Part shown: in pieces, positions 37,211 through 47,131 of the stretch
Numbering within the stretch: the stretch's first letter is position 1
Layout: every line of letters begins with the position of its first letter
Source of the DNA: Thermoproteota archaeon
GTDB lineage: Archaea > Korarchaeota > Korarchaeia > Korarchaeales > Korarchaeaceae
Length of the DNA stretch: 64,000 nt
Assembly: GCA_027491435.1 (NCBI GenBank)
Contig: JAOZFG010000003.1
Coordinates: 1 to 64,000, forward strand
Direction: 5' to 3'
The notes under the pieces: generated by a model
The model's input: the letters and a program-made list of their open reading frames with translations, nothing else
Told to the model about the DNA's origin: nothing
The model's database searches: none
Made by a program: the position numbers and the translations under genes

Positions 37211-39481
37211 ATGAATTCCGTAAGGGTGGCCGCTAGAATAAGGGTAGTGGGGATCGTACAAGGGGTTGGGTTCAGGCCGTTCGTTCACAGGTTAGCTGTT
37301 AAGCTAGGGTTGAAAGGTTACGTCAGAAATATGGGAGGTAGTGAGGTGGAAATATGGGTTGAGGGAAGCCCGAGGCTAGTGTCAGAGTTTACCCTTAAAA
37401 TAGTAGATGAGAAGCCCCCTCCCGCCAAGGTAGAGGAGTTAAGTGTCGCTTTCCTGAAGGCTAACGGCTACGAAGACTTCAGGATACTGAGGAGCGGAAC
37501 CGAGGCCAAGAGGCTCTCCATGGTGCCACCTGACATAGCTGTCTGCGATGAGTGTCTCAGGGAGGTTTACGACCCTTCGGATAGGCATTACCGCTACCCC
37601 TTCAACAGCTGTGCCTGGTGTGGTCCCCGCTTCTCCATGATGTATCAGGTGCCCTACGACAGGGAGAAGACGTCAATGAGGGACTTTCCATTATGCGACT
37701 CGTGTCTTGAAGAGTATGAGGACCCTGGTAATTTGAGGAGATTTCACGCCCAGGGAATCTCGTGTCCCGAGTGCGGTCCCTCCATTTGGATAGAGGACAA
37801 AAAAGGCAGAAGGCTACCCTCTGAGGACCCGCTGAAGGATGTAGCTAACCTAATAGAGTCAGGCCACATAGTGGCTGTGAAGGGGGTCGGTGGGTATCAC
37901 ATAGCCTGCCTAGCCACCGATGAAGGAGTGATTGAAGAGCTTAGGATGAGGAAGAGGAGGCCTCAGAAGCCATTTGCGCTCATGGCCCTAGACTTGAACG
38001 TGGTGGACAGGTACGCAAGGCTGGATGAACTTTCAGCGGAGCTTTTAAGTGGTCCGGAAAGGCCCATCGTACTTTTGCCCAGCAAGGGAAACCTGCCAGA
38101 GGCCATAGCTCCCGGGTTAGACGTCCTAGGCTTCATGCTCCCCTACACCCCTTTACACCACATGCTCCTCAACGAGGTCAGGGATCGAGTCCTCATAATG
38201 ACCAGCGGAAACGTCAGCGGCAAGCCAATGTGCACTTCAGAGGAGTGCGCCAGGAGGAAGCTGGCCGGAGTGGTGGACTACTTCCTCCACCACAACAGGG
38301 AGATAGTTAACAGGGTCGACGACAGTGTGATCAGGTTAACCGACGGAAGGCCCACCTTCCTCAGGAGGAGCAGAGGTTACGCGCCTTCTTGGGTAAGAAT
38401 ACCCTTCGAGCTTGAAAGGGGCGTGGTGGCCTTTGGGGCTGAGCTTCAGAACGCTGGAGCCATAGGGATTGGTGATAGGGTCGTGCCCACACAGTATGTG
38501 GGGGATATGGACGAATTGGAAAACCTGGAATTCCTGGACGAGGCGCTTAAATTCCTTTACAGGATGTACGGGCTGTCCGACCCCCTGCTAGTCGTGGACA
38601 TGCACCCGGGCTACTCCACCAGGAGGTTGGCTGAGACCTGGGAAGGTGACCTGGTAGAGGTACAGCACCATCACGCCCACATAGCTTCGGTCATGGCGGA
38701 ACACTGGGTTAACGTTGATGAGGGGGTAGTGGGAATAGCCGTGGACGGGCTCGGCTACGGGAAGGACGGGAACCTCTGGGGAGGGGAGGTTATGCTCACC
38801 ACTTACTCAGAGTTTGACAGGGTAGGACGCCTGGAGTACTTCCCAATGCCTGGAGGGGATCTGGCCACGAAATACCCGGTGAGAATGCTCATAGGAGTCC
38901 TCTCCAAGTTCATGAGCCATGATGAGATTTTGGAGTTCCTGGAGACCAAGGGATTGGTTAAAGGCCTGAGGAGAGGTGTCGTGGAGGCGGAGATCGCCTT
39001 AAAGCAGCTGGGATCCTCTCCCAGGATCTCCAGCGTCGGACGATTTCTTGATTCCGTGGCCGCCCTGCTAAAAGTTTGTTTTGTCAGGACTTACGAGGGA
39101 GAACCAGCAATAAAGCTGGAGTCTCTGGCCAATAAGGGGGAGAGGCTGAAGTTAGAGGTGGACGTGAAGGGCGGCGTGGTGCAGGCCCATCAAATAGTTG
39201 AGTTCATATTGAATCAGGAGGGCGCCCGGATAGAGGACCTAGCATATACGGCAATTTACGCCCTGGGCGAAGTCCTCGGAAGGGTAGCTTCTGAGTTCTC
39301 AGATTATTCGAGCGTTGTGGCCGTATCTGGAGGAGCTTCCGTTAACTCCATCTTGATTAGGGGAATCAAGGAGGCGGTGGGGCGCCTCTCCCTCTTGACG
39401 AACTCAAGGGTGCCTCCGGGGGACGGGGGCATCTCCCTGGGCCAGATAGTTTGTGCGGGTGTTAAGCATGTTCAGGGATAA
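37211..39481 (+). CDS. hypF: Carbamoyltransferase HypF
   Basis: GIVQGVGFRPF acylphosphatase domain, Zn fingers, KGVGGYH, QHHHAH, PPGDGGISLGQ. Confidence 0.96.
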   Translation: MNSVRVAARIRVVGIVQGVGFRPFVHRLAVKLGLKGYVRNMGGSEVEIWVEGSPRLVSEFTLKIVDEKPPPAKVEELSVAFLKANGYEDFRILRSGTEAKRLSMVPPDIAVCDECLREVYDPSDRHYRYPFNSCAWCGPRFSMMYQVPYDREKTSMRDFPLCDSCLEEYEDPGNLRRFHAQGISCPECGPSIWIEDKKGRRLPSEDPLKDVANLIESGHIVAVKGVGGYHIACLATDEGVIEELRMRKRRPQKPFALMALDLNVVDRYARLDELSAELLSGPERPIVLLPSKGNLPEAIAPGLDVLGFMLPYTPLHHMLLNEVRDRVLIMTSGNVSGKPMCTSEECARRKLAGVVDYFLHHNREIVNRVDDSVIRLTDGRPTFLRRSRGYAPSWVRIPFELERGVVAFGAELQNAGAIGIGDRVVPTQYVGDMDELENLEFLDEALKFLYRMYGLSDPLLVVDMHPGYSTRRLAETWEGDLVEVQHHHAHIASVMAEHWVNVDEGVVGIAVDGLGYGKDGNLWGGEVMLTTYSEFDRVGRLEYFPMPGGDLATKYPVRMLIGVLSKFMSHDEILEFLETKGLVKGLRRGVVEAEIALKQLGSSPRISSVGRFLDSVAALLKVCFVRTYEGEPAIKLESLANKGERLKLEVDVKGGVVQAHQIVEFILNQEGARIEDLAYTAIYALGEVLGRVASEFSDYSSVVAVSGGASVNSILIRGIKEAVGRLSLLTNSRVPPGDGGISLGQIVCAGVKHVQG

Positions 39482-40568
39482 GGAGTTCGCCCTTAGGGTA
39501 GCTAGGTCAATACGCAAGCTGTCCGGACATCTTGATGAGGTCAAGATAATGGACTTCTGCGGTACGCATGAGTGGACCATCACCCACTACGGTATAAGGT
39601 CGATGATGCCCGAAAACGTTGAGCTGGTCGCGGGCCCGGGTTGTCCGGTGTGCATCACCCCTGGCTACTACGTGAAGGCCGCAGTTAAGCTAGCAATGGA
39701 GGGGATCAGGGTCTTCACCTACGGAGATGCTTACAAACTGCCTACTGGGAGAAGGGAAGAGCCATCAAGCTTAGAGGAGGCTAGGTCCATGGGAGGAAAA
39801 GTGGAGATAGTATACAGCGTTATGGACGCTGTCAAGAAGTCCAGAGATGGGAGGGAATCGGTATTCTTAGCGGTCGGGTTCGAAACTACGGCGCCAGCCA
39901 CCTTCATACCCTTGAAACATGGAGAAGCTCCCAACAACCTCTCCTTCCTAGTGGCCCACAGGCTCACGCCCCCCATAACCAGGTACGTTCTGGACAACTT
40001 CCCCGACAACCCCATCTCCGGCATAATAGCTCCGGGACATGTGTCCACTATAATAGGTGCCAAGGCATGGAGCTTCCTACCCAAAGAGTATGGAGTTCCT
40101 ACCGTGGTATCTGGATTTGAACCTGTGGACGTTCTGCTCTCAATATTGGAGATCCTCAGGCAGATAAGGGATGGAAGGCCTAGATTGGTTAATGAGTACA
40201 GCAGGGCCGTCTCATGGGACGGCAACTTACAGGCTCAAAAACTCTTCCGAGATGTTGCGCAAGTATCTGATGCCGTATGGCGTGGGATAGGCGTCGTCCC
40301 CGAGAGCGGGCTCATTCTAAGCGAAGTCTATAAAGAACAGGATGCTGAAACTAGGTACGGGATTGATGATGAGGGATGGGATGACCTCCCCCCTGGCTGT
40401 AGATGTGCTCAAGTCACTTTAGGCATGATTAAACCTACAGATTGTCCGATGTTCATGAAGTCATGTACACCCGAGAGCCCCTACGGCCCTTGTATGGTGT
40501 CTTCCGAAGGTACTTGTAACATATGGGCTAAACATAGCGGGGCTAGCGTCATTAATCTACCAAATTAA
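39468..40568 (+). CDS. hypD: Hydrogenase formation protein HypD
   Basis: FCGTHE, GPGCPVC, GFETTAP, PGHVS, GPCMVSSEGTC; ATG at 39468 taken as start. Confidence 0.96.
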   Translation: MFRDKEFALRVARSIRKLSGHLDEVKIMDFCGTHEWTITHYGIRSMMPENVELVAGPGCPVCITPGYYVKAAVKLAMEGIRVFTYGDAYKLPTGRREEPSSLEEARSMGGKVEIVYSVMDAVKKSRDGRESVFLAVGFETTAPATFIPLKHGEAPNNLSFLVAHRLTPPITRYVLDNFPDNPISGIIAPGHVSTIIGAKAWSFLPKEYGVPTVVSGFEPVDVLLSILEILRQIRDGRPRLVNEYSRAVSWDGNLQAQKLFRDVAQVSDAVWRGIGVVPESGLILSEVYKEQDAETRYGIDDEGWDDLPPGCRCAQVTLGMIKPTDCPMFMKSCTPESPYGPCMVSSEGTCNIWAKHSGASVINLPN

Positions 40569-40572
40569 TTTG

Positions 40573-40589
40573 TTTTTTTTTTTTTTTTT
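40573..40589 (+). terminator. Oligo-T (T17) tract after hypD; likely archaeal intrinsic terminator
   Basis: 17 consecutive T starting 5 nt after the hypD stop. Confidence 0.6.
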
Positions 40590-40667
40590 GAAAGAAGAAA
40601 GATAAAAGAAATATCATCTGTTAATCCGAAAGCTTTTTTAGAGAGTTAGCCTCCCTATGAACATAGA

Positions 40668-41267
40668 GTGAGCATGAGCGGGGATGATATAATCAGGAAC
40701 TTAAAAGATGTTGTCAGGGACTCTTACGCTCTTATGGGATCGATAATAAATCTAACAGACGAGGAAAGAAAGTATATTGGCGAGGTGGACTTACTAGCGA
40801 AAGAAAAATTAGAAAAAACCGCTGAAATTGTGGTCAGCAGAATTCTAGAGAACGCTAGCTTATTGAACGAGCTGAAGGCCTCGGGGGTTAAGGGTGAGGA
40901 GGTCCGAAAGATAGTTAAGGAAGTACTGGAGTTCACCTCAACCTTAGATAATGAGAAGGGAATAGAGGAGAGTAGCCTTAAAATAGCTCAGGTCAGCTCC
41001 TTCGCCTTAGCTAGAGATATATCATTAGGAACTTACGTAGCTATGATAGGATCGATACACAGCGAGCTGTTGAACATGTTAAACAGCGAGGTGGATGAAA
41101 AAGTACTAGCTATTTCTAAAGCTTTCCTCTGGTTCTCCAGCGTAGCGGCAGAGTCTTATCATCAGGCGGTGTTAACCAGTATAAAGAGATCTGCTGGACT
41201 CCCAGATAATATAATAGATAGGGCCATTAGGATATCGTCCGCTAAGGTTCATGAGAGGCTTGAGTAG
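40668..41267 (+). CDS. Protoglobin/globin-sensor-like protein
   Basis: INLTDEERKYI..., E.IV..IL and WF...AAESY resemble the protoglobin pattern; all-helical. Confidence 0.5.
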   Translation: MSMSGDDIIRNLKDVVRDSYALMGSIINLTDEERKYIGEVDLLAKEKLEKTAEIVVSRILENASLLNELKASGVKGEEVRKIVKEVLEFTSTLDNEKGIEESSLKIAQVSSFALARDISLGTYVAMIGSIHSELLNMLNSEVDEKVLAISKAFLWFSSVAAESYHQAVLTSIKRSAGLPDNIIDRAIRISSAKVHERLE

Positions 41268-41269
41268 AG

Positions 41270-41725
41270 TCATTTTAGCTCTTCAAAGCTTAAATAACAT
41301 TTATCCCCCTCTACCCTAATGTCTCCCAGCGATGTGGACTTGGAACCCCTACTCCTAACTACATAAGCTATTAAATTAAGGAAAGGGCATAGGAAAGGCT
41401 TGATATTGTTTCCTATGAGCTGCCTCTCGACGTCTAGCATTACGCAATTGTTAATTACTGCTGTGAACTTAGATCCATCTCTGCTAATGTCCACCGATTT
41501 GGCTACCCCCATATCCTCAGTTAAAACCCTAGAGATCTCCCTAAGAGCTTCTTCCTCACTAACACCCTCTAAATCCACATTTGATAAGGATTTAAGCCTT
41601 TCATACAATTCCTCACCGACTATGGAGACTGTTGCTTTAGCCCCAGCCCCAAGGAGTTCCCAGAAGGCCTTCTCAAGGGAATAGATTATCTCAAGTAGGG
41701 CCGATTCTCGGCTTAGTTCCGACAT
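41270..41725 (-). CDS. V4R-like/methanogen-output-domain-like protein
   Basis: NNC...CPF...KC three-Cys pattern in an alpha/beta context. Confidence 0.55.
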   Translation of the reverse strand: MSELSRESALLEIIYSLEKAFWELLGAGAKATVSIVGEELYERLKSLSNVDLEGVSEEEALREISRVLTEDMGVAKSVDISRDGSKFTAVINNCVMLDVERQLIGNNIKPFLCPFLNLIAYVVRSRGSKSTSLGDIRVEGDKCYLSFEELK

Positions 41726-42242
41726 AATGACACCTAATTATCTCGAACATGAAACTATTTATTTTTTGTGTTATAAGTTGCGATTATCCTAATAATTAAT
41801 AATTTATCGATATTTGAATTAATAAATTTGTAGTATCTCATAGATAATTTTAGTATATCTCAAAAAACTATCGATTTTTATTATAAGTTTTTCGCTTACC
41901 AGTTATTGAAGTTGATCTAAATTTCTACTCTTGTAAATACAACATAATTACAAATATCTTTAAATAGATTAAGAATTAACTGATTAAAATTTAAATAATA
42001 TAAAGTTAAAGTATCCACCCTGTAATTCCATCAACTTTTTCAAAAAGCATTCTTTTACTTATAATCCTGATGATTACATCACATAGCTTTAAATTTAATC
42101 AAGGAATAATCTATCTAACGAATAATCATTATCATATGTCAGGCGGTTTATTTATGATAGCGCTCTTGCGTCTATTAAGTTAAGATTCATTTTTATAAAC
42201 TGTATATAACTCTAATTAATTAAACTGAAAACTCCAAAAACT

Positions 42243-42893
42243 TTATAAATATTTCTCTAAGTCATCCGATCTTAAAATAAGTCTCTTTACAGTTCCCCAG
42301 CTCCATCTAACGAAGTTAGGTTTAACTCCCTCACTTACAAGCCATTCAATGAACTTCCTAGTCTTAGGATCGCTTGGATAACCTGATCCAAAGTCTACCC
42401 CTATTTCTTTCTTGATTTCATCTATCAGTCTATCCCTCTCAACCTTAGCTATTATGGAGGCGGCTGCCACGTGCAGGTACTTCCTGTCGGCCTTGTTCCT
42501 AGCTATGAGCCTATACCTCATCCCTTTAGTCATTGACTTTATCATTGACGAGAACTTCTTGGTGTTCACCATGGGGGAATCCACTATTGCCAGGGACGGC
42601 CTAAGCTCCCTTATTATCTCAGCCATTGCCTCGGCTTCCAGGTGATTCAACATGTTTCTGGAGACGGCCTCGTCTATCCTTCTTGGATGTATCACCTTAA
42701 CTGAGCAGGAATCGGCTACCTCCTCAATAAGGAGCTTTAATTCTTCTCTCCTCTCCTCGCTTAACAACTTGGAGTCTTTAACGCCCGCTTCCCTGAGTAA
42801 CTTTAATTTAGAGCTTTTTATCAAGACCCCCGCAACTACCATGGGGCCTATCACTGGGCCCCTTCCCGCCTCATCTAAACCCGCTGTCGTCAC
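42243..42893 (-). CDS. rnhB: Ribonuclease HII
   Basis: GLDEAGRGPVIGP, KDSKLL, KAD, VAAASIIAKVERD, GSGYPSDP. Confidence 0.96.
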   Translation of the reverse strand: MTTAGLDEAGRGPVIGPMVVAGVLIKSSKLKLLREAGVKDSKLLSEERREELKLLIEEVADSCSVKVIHPRRIDEAVSRNMLNHLEAEAMAEIIRELRPSLAIVDSPMVNTKKFSSMIKSMTKGMRYRLIARNKADRKYLHVAAASIIAKVERDRLIDEIKKEIGVDFGSGYPSDPKTRKFIEWLVSEGVKPNFVRWSWGTVKRLILRSDDLEKYL

Positions 42894-42928
42894 GAGGTAA
42901 CCTTAAAAGCCATAAAGATAAATCCTTA
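42858..42928. repeat. Direct repeat copy A (rnhB 5' end and upstream DNA)
   Basis: 25-bp exact core CCTCATCTAAACCCGCTGTCGTCAC (42869-42893) plus GTAACCTTAAAA and TAAAGATAA.TCCTTA shared with 44292-44361. Confidence 0.85.
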
Positions 42929-43271
42929 CTCGCTAAGGAGCTTCTCCATCCTAGAGGGCACATCAAACCAAGGTCGAGCGGTTCCTCATAATGGGATATT
43001 CCTCTTAAACAGAAGTAACTCCAACAACTGGTTCTCATGCTTATCCGCTGGACTCGCAAGTAAATTTATGGAGCTATTAAGGGGATTAAAGCTATATGAA
43101 TAGATAACAGGTCCAGTGGGGTGCTGTCAACTTAAGGCTCTTAGGGCCGCTGACATCTACGAGGGGGCCGTCGCTAACTGACCTGAACTTTCAGACCGCT
43201 TCACGTAGAAAAGGTATTGAGCTTACTCAGCTGAACTCACCACTCTCATTCTACAAAAGGACTTTTTAGGG

Positions 43272-43715
43272 TTAGGGGACTACTTTAAGCCAGGGTACAT
43301 GCTTAAAATCCTCATCAAATGTGAGAATGGAGTTTATGTCGTGATGCTTACACGTCAACGCTATTATAGCGTCACTCGGTAACAACCTAAGCTCCTTTAG
43401 AACTCTGTAAAGCTCCTCCTCTGTATACATATCCGGTATAAGTCTTATGTTCAATCTCCTGAGCAACTCCCTAATTACTTCAATCACCTTCCCGGGATAT
43501 CCGTGCTTCTTTATCCATCTTCTAGCTGAGTAAGTCCCGGTCATCCCGTATTTATGCTTCAGATAGTGCATTGTGGATGTATAGATAATCTCATTATGAA
43601 CTACCGTATTTATGACGTAATCTCCTGGATTTTCCTCGAGCAGAGTCAACGCCTCATCCGTTCTAGGTGTTTTATGAATAATGTGGTACAGTATGTTAGT
43701 GTCTAAGAAAATCAC
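43272..43715 (-). CDS. vapC: VapC PIN-domain toxin
   Basis: IFLDTNIL, E, LLPSDAIIALTC, ILTFDEDF. Confidence 0.92.
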   Translation of the reverse strand: MIFLDTNILYHIIHKTPRTDEALTLLEENPGDYVINTVVHNEIIYTSTMHYLKHKYGMTGTYSARRWIKKHGYPGKVIEVIRELLRRLNIRLIPDMYTEEELYRVLKELRLLPSDAIIALTCKHHDINSILTFDEDFKHVPWLKVVP

Positions 43716-43909
43716 GATTGCCAGACCTCCTCGAGATACTCTTCCAACTCTCCCTCGCTGGACTCACCCAGAATGCCGATAAGGTCTTTTAACATCTCTC
43801 TTAAACTCTTTTCAATTCTTACTTTAATTTCCTCACCTTCTTTAAGCTCTATGGGGTCTAATGGTTTAAGTACTCCCCCTTCATACTTGACCCTCACAGC
43901 CCTAGACAA
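43712..43909 (-). CDS. vapB: VapB antitoxin (AF2212/DUF104-like)
   Basis: VKYEGGVLKPLDPIELKEGEEI; overlaps the vapC start; TTG at 43909 after a G-rich SD. Confidence 0.85.
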   Translation of the reverse strand: MSRAVRVKYEGGVLKPLDPIELKEGEEIKVRIEKSLREMLKDLIGILGESSEGELEEYLEEVWQS

Positions 43910-44291
43910 TAGTACCCCCCGATTAAATTGGCCTCGTGCCAATTAGCCTTTTCCCTAGACGATCGGTTACCACGCCAAAACTCGCTGCAGCCTTTTCGCT
44001 TAAACTTATTTTAAGTTTTCTGAGAAATTGTAGTAAATTCATATTAAAAAGACGGATTAATTTTATATTTAGGGGAGTTCAATGGTCTCAGCGGACTGTT
44101 AGCTTATGAGCTTAAGTAAGCTTCAGACCATTAAAGCATTTAGTTACAGATTTCTTAAGGTAATGACCTTAAGTGATGCTAGATTGTATGGAAAATATAT
44201 ACGTTACACAGGAATCTTCAATTTATAGGGGACTTAACCGGCTGCAACTATAGCTTTAAGGTCCGCTGAGCGCTAGCATCTCAATGTACCC

Positions 44292-44361
44292 GCCCCTCCT
44301 ACCTCATCTAAACCCGCTGTCGTCACAGGGTAACCTTAAAAACCGGTAAAGATAATCCTTA
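44292..44361. repeat. Direct repeat copy B (orphan rnhB 5' fragment)
   Basis: Exact core at 44302-44326; on the minus strand reads MTTAGLDE and then diverges from rnhB. Confidence 0.85.
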
Positions 44362-44363
44362 TT

Positions 44364-45977
44364 ATGCATAAAAGGCTTGTCATTCTGTTGCTTTTAGCGT
44401 TGCTGATCCCCATAAGCCCGACAAAGGCTTTTGGTAAGGACGTAGTCATTCTCTCCAACGACATAGACGAGCAGGCGGCTATGATCGTTAAGAAGGCTTT
44501 TGAGGATACAGGCGCTGAAGTGGAGCTCCTTAAACCTGGAACGAAAATACCGCCTACCAAGTTGCTGGTAGTCATGGGCGGTCCCATGGCCCCTGAAGTT
44601 GGAAGTTTCGCTTCCCATCATCTGCCTGAATATGAAAGGAAATCCCTGATCTTCCAAAAGGGCTATTGGACCTGGTTTATAAAGCCGTTAAAGGATAAGA
44701 GCCTCGTCATAATAGCTGGTAACACAAGAAGGGAGACCAGGACCGCTGCTGAGGAGTTCGTCGCCCAAGGATTCCCGGAGTTCCTCACGAGCAAGGGAGT
44801 AAGCAACCTGTTCACTGAGGAGGAGCTCAGGAAGGGAAAGGAATTTGGTTACGAGTGGGCCTGGAACGGGAAGAAGTACAGGATCTCTGTGAAGATACCT
44901 CAAAATCTGTACGATTTCTACAGGGTTAAGCCTAGGATGAGCCTGGTGGCTGAGTACAACGAGACGGTTGGGGGTAGGAAGAGGAGCGACTTCATGATCA
45001 CCTGGTACCTTATGGCTAAAACCCCCCATCAGGAGCCAGTCATCAAAGAGATAGCCTCTCAACTCGAAGAGATAGCTGATAAGGAGGGTCTCTCAGAATA
45101 TGATAAGGCCTGGTTGGTCTCCTCCTTCGTGCAGAGCCTCACTTACCAGAGGGACCTAGGTAGCTTAGGAGGGGAATACCCCAAGTACGTGGTCGAGACT
45201 TTATGGGACGGAGGGGGCGACTGCGAGGACACGACCATACTCCTGATATCCCTGCTGAGGGAAATGGGCTACGACACAACTTTCCTTCTCATGCCTGGCC
45301 ACGCCGCCGTCGCTGTGGCTTTGAACCCTGGGGACGTCAAGGGGCCCAGGGTCAGGAACTCTGTAGAGGAGTATGGATACCTCTCCTTGGTTCTCGTAGA
45401 CTCGGATGACCTGTACAAGAAGTACGTCTCCTACGTCAGAGGCGGAGATATACCTGTACTTGAGTTCAAGCTCAATGGGAAGAGTTACTTTTACGTGGAG
45501 ACTACAGGAGAAGGCTGGAAGCCCGGCTGGGTGCCTTATCTTCTAGTCCTTGGGTACTTTAAGAAGTTTCCGATATACGTGATAAGCGTCGACAGGGCGC
45601 CCTTGCCCCTTATAGCTGACTACGTGACCGTCGTCAGGAAGGCAAATAACGGAATTGGCCTATCCATACTAGTGAAGGTGATGAACGCTGGCGAGGAAGA
45701 GGCCCCAAGTACTAGGCTTATAGTGGGCATAACTCCGGGATCTGAGGTCAAGGTGGGCGGCGTGAAGCCCAACGTCAGGGGAGAGGTCACAGTTAAGGCT
45801 TCCGTCAAGGAGTTTCCTACGAAGTACGAGGTGGAGATACCTGAGCTTGAGCCTGGGGAGAGCAGGTTCCTGCTGATCACCCTGTACTATGGGGGAGGGA
45901 CCGCTGTGGAGACCATCACCCTGAAGCTGGGCAAGGTCAACGTGGATAACGTGAGGACAAGGCCCCTCAACCCCTAG
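44364..45977 (+). CDS. Secreted transglutaminase-like (Cys-His-Glu/Asp) protein with C-terminal Ig/CARDB-like domain
   Basis: Signal peptide; YPKYVVETL, GDCED, PGHAAV, YFYVETTG. Confidence 0.8.
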   Translation: MHKRLVILLLLALLIPISPTKAFGKDVVILSNDIDEQAAMIVKKAFEDTGAEVELLKPGTKIPPTKLLVVMGGPMAPEVGSFASHHLPEYERKSLIFQKGYWTWFIKPLKDKSLVIIAGNTRRETRTAAEEFVAQGFPEFLTSKGVSNLFTEEELRKGKEFGYEWAWNGKKYRISVKIPQNLYDFYRVKPRMSLVAEYNETVGGRKRSDFMITWYLMAKTPHQEPVIKEIASQLEEIADKEGLSEYDKAWLVSSFVQSLTYQRDLGSLGGEYPKYVVETLWDGGGDCEDTTILLISLLREMGYDTTFLLMPGHAAVAVALNPGDVKGPRVRNSVEEYGYLSLVLVDSDDLYKKYVSYVRGGDIPVLEFKLNGKSYFYVETTGEGWKPGWVPYLLVLGYFKKFPIYVISVDRAPLPLIADYVTVVRKANNGIGLSILVKVMNAGEEEAPSTRLIVGITPGSEVKVGGVKPNVRGEVTVKASVKEFPTKYEVEIPELEPGESRFLLITLYYGGGTAVETITLKLGKVNVDNVRTRPLNP

Positions 45978-45985
45978 GTGATCCC

Positions 45986-47131
45986 ATGGCTGGGGACGTC
46001 TTCGGGAGGGCCCTCCGGCTCATTTCTTTCGGGGAAAGCCATGGAAAGGTTGTTGGAGCCGTCCTTGAGGGCGTTCCCGCCGGCCTTCCCTTATCTGAGG
46101 GGGACATACAGTGGCTCCTTGACCTGAGGAGGCCCGGGCAGTCTTCAGTCACCACCACCAGGAGAGAGGAGGACAGGGTCAAGATACTCAGCGGGGTCTT
46201 CAAGGGGAAGACCACCGGAGCCCCCATAGCAATGGTCGTTGAGAATGAAGACGTGATATCCTCCTATTACGAGGAGTACTTCCACAGGCCTAGGCCGGGA
46301 CACGCCGACTACGTGGCCAGGCTGAAGTATGGGGGCTTCAACGACTACAGGGGAGGGGGCAGGTTCTCAGGAAGGATAACCGTGTCCATGGTGATGGGCG
46401 GGGCCGTGGCCATGAAGCTCCTCAAACTAATTGGAGTGGAGGTCATGGCCTACACGCTGGAGATAGGAGGAGTTAAGGCTGAAAATTTCACCTTAGAGGA
46501 CGTGAGAGCCAGGTACAGGAATGAAGTTAGAACCCCCGACGGGGAGGCGGCCCTTAAGATGAGGGAGGTAATAGAGAGGGCTAGGAGGAAGGGGGACAGC
46601 GTAGGTGGCATAGTGGAGGTTCTGGCCCTCAACCTGCCTCCGGGGCTAGGGGAGCCCATCTTTGACACGATAGAGGGGGACCTAGCCAAGGCCATGTTCG
46701 CTATCCCAGCGGTGAAGGGAGTAGAATTCGGCTCTGGTTTTAAAGCGGCTAGAATGATGGGATCTGAACACAACGACCCCTACATCATCAGGAACGGCAA
46801 GGTTTCCTTTGCCTCCAACAACCACGGGGGCGCGCTGGGGGGAATGACCACAGGAGCCCCCCTGGTCATGAGGGTCGCCTTTAAGCCCACAGCCTCGATA
46901 GCTAAGCCCCAACGAACCGTGGACCTCAGGACCATGGAGGAGGTCACTATAAGAGTGAAGGGCAGACACGACCCCTGTATAGTGCCCAGAGCTGTCCCGG
47001 TGGTGGAGGCGATGACCTCTTTAGTCCTGGCTGACCATGCAATTTTATCAGGGTACATACCCAAGGTTCTCGAAGGTGCCCCTGATGGAGGTAAGGGAGA
47101 GGATAAGGGAGGTCACCCTGAAGATCTTTGA
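45986..47131 (+). CDS. aroC: Chorismate synthase
   Basis: FGESHG, RRPGQS, RPGHAD, RGGGRFSGR, GRHDPCIVPRA. Confidence 0.97.
   Translation: MAGDVFGRALRLISFGESHGKVVGAVLEGVPAGLPLSEGDIQWLLDLRRPGQSSVTTTRREEDRVKILSGVFKGKTTGAPIAMVVENEDVISSYYEEYFHRPRPGHADYVARLKYGGFNDYRGGGRFSGRITVSMVMGGAVAMKLLKLIGVEVMAYTLEIGGVKAENFTLEDVRARYRNEVRTPDGEAALKMREVIERARRKGDSVGGIVEVLALNLPPGLGEPIFDTIEGDLAKAMFAIPAVKGVEFGSGFKAARMMGSEHNDPYIIRNGKVSFASNNHGGALGGMTTGAPLVMRVAFKPTASIAKPQRTVDLRTMEEVTIRVKGRHDPCIVPRAVPVVEAMTSLVLADHAILSGYIPKVLEGAPDGGKGEDKGGHPEDL

Noticed and set aside
28125-40568. Apparent absence of hypB
   Set aside because: The Mrp-type ATPase between hypA and hypC matches the known ATPase-type HypB replacement.
41726-42242. 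AT-rich gap as a replication origin or CRISPR leader
   Set aside because: No ORB-like repeats with G-strings, cdc6/orc gene or array seen nearby.
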